A stretch of DNA of 64,000 nucleotides from Entomortierella parvispora E1425 (Eukaryota; Fungi; Mortierellomycota): NCBI GenBank assembly GCA_020891255.1, contig BQFW01000002.1, forward strand, positions 1,488,001 to 1,552,000, given 5' to 3'. Below are positions 63,401-64,000 of this stretch, in pieces. Positions within the stretch are counted from its first letter, which is position 1, and every line of letters starts with the position of its first letter. The position numbers and the translations under genes were made by a program. The notes under the pieces are model-generated. The model was not told the DNA's origin, made no database searches, and saw nothing but the letters and a program-made list of their open reading frames with translations.

Positions 63401-64000
63401 TGCAGACCCACTACTACAAGAACATCCTCACCAAAAACTTTGCCGTGCTGAACAAGGGTGTGTCGTCAGGAGCTGGTCAGCTCAGTTTGCTGAACGTGGC
63501 GATGGAGCTCAAGAAGGCCAGTAACCACCCTTACCTCTTCCCGAACGCCGAGGTCGTATCAGAGAGGCGCGATGAACAGCTCAAGGGTATCATCATGAAC
63601 AGTGGCAAGATGGTCTTGCTGGACAAGCTCTTGACGCGCCTCAAGAAGGATGGCCATCGTGTGTTGATCTTCTCGCAGATGGTGCGCATGCTCGACATCA
63701 TGACGGATTACTTGGCTTTGCGGGGATTTGCTTTCCAGCGCTTGGATGGAAGTGTCGGTTCAGAGGCTAGAAAGCGATCCATCGAGCACTTCAACGCGCC
63801 CAACTCGATCGATTTTGTATTTTTGCTGTCGACCCGTGCTGGAGGACTGGGTATCAACTTGGAAACCGCCGACACAGTCATTATCTTCGATTCGGATTGG
63901 AACCCTCAGAACGATTTGCAGGCCATGGCAAGAGCCCATCGTATCGGTCAAAAGAACGTCGTTAATGTCTACCGATTTGTTTCCAAGGACACCATTGAGG
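60420..64000 (+). CDS. CHD1: Chromodomain helicase CHD1 (5' part; runs off the window)
   Basis: 7-nt first exon ATGGATT (intron 60427-60839); acidic Ser-rich N-terminus; tandem chromodomains ([14 protein letters not shown]); SNF2 motifs [15 protein letters not shown] and [13 protein letters not shown]. Confidence 0.95.

Overview
GC-balanced, intron-rich eukaryotic DNA: 23 protein-coding genes with short GT-AG introns, CT/GA-rich leaders and many homopolymer tracts. Gene content and intron style point to an early-diverging fungus, probably Mortierellaceae (inference). From left to right: partial repeat-containing hypothetical protein, alkaline ceramidase, two tandem AIFM2/FSP1-like oxidoreductases, RPS23, a divergent TFIIB-related BRF factor, a HotDog-fold protein, a PH-domain protein, prolidase, augmin HAUS6, a DPP8/9-like peptidase, D-2-hydroxyglutarate/D-lactate dehydrogenase, importin-7/8, two large hypotheticals, POM33/TMEM33, an atypical septin, a 4-TM protein, GPAT (Sct1/Gpt2), a Ctr copper transporter, a START protein and the 5' part of CHD1. 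I spliced all genes by hand. Only one reading-frame anomaly survived: an in-frame TGA in the otherwise intact prolidase. The most interesting candidates are (1) a BRF2-like rather than BRF1-like Pol III factor whose putative molecular-pin motif reads YPPS instead of LPPC, (2) the prolidase TGA, and (3) a cytosolic DPP9-like gene near prolidase whose stop lies 38 nt from the HAUS6 start. I recognised no tRNA, rRNA, transposon or CRISPR. All family calls are from motif recognition, not database searches.
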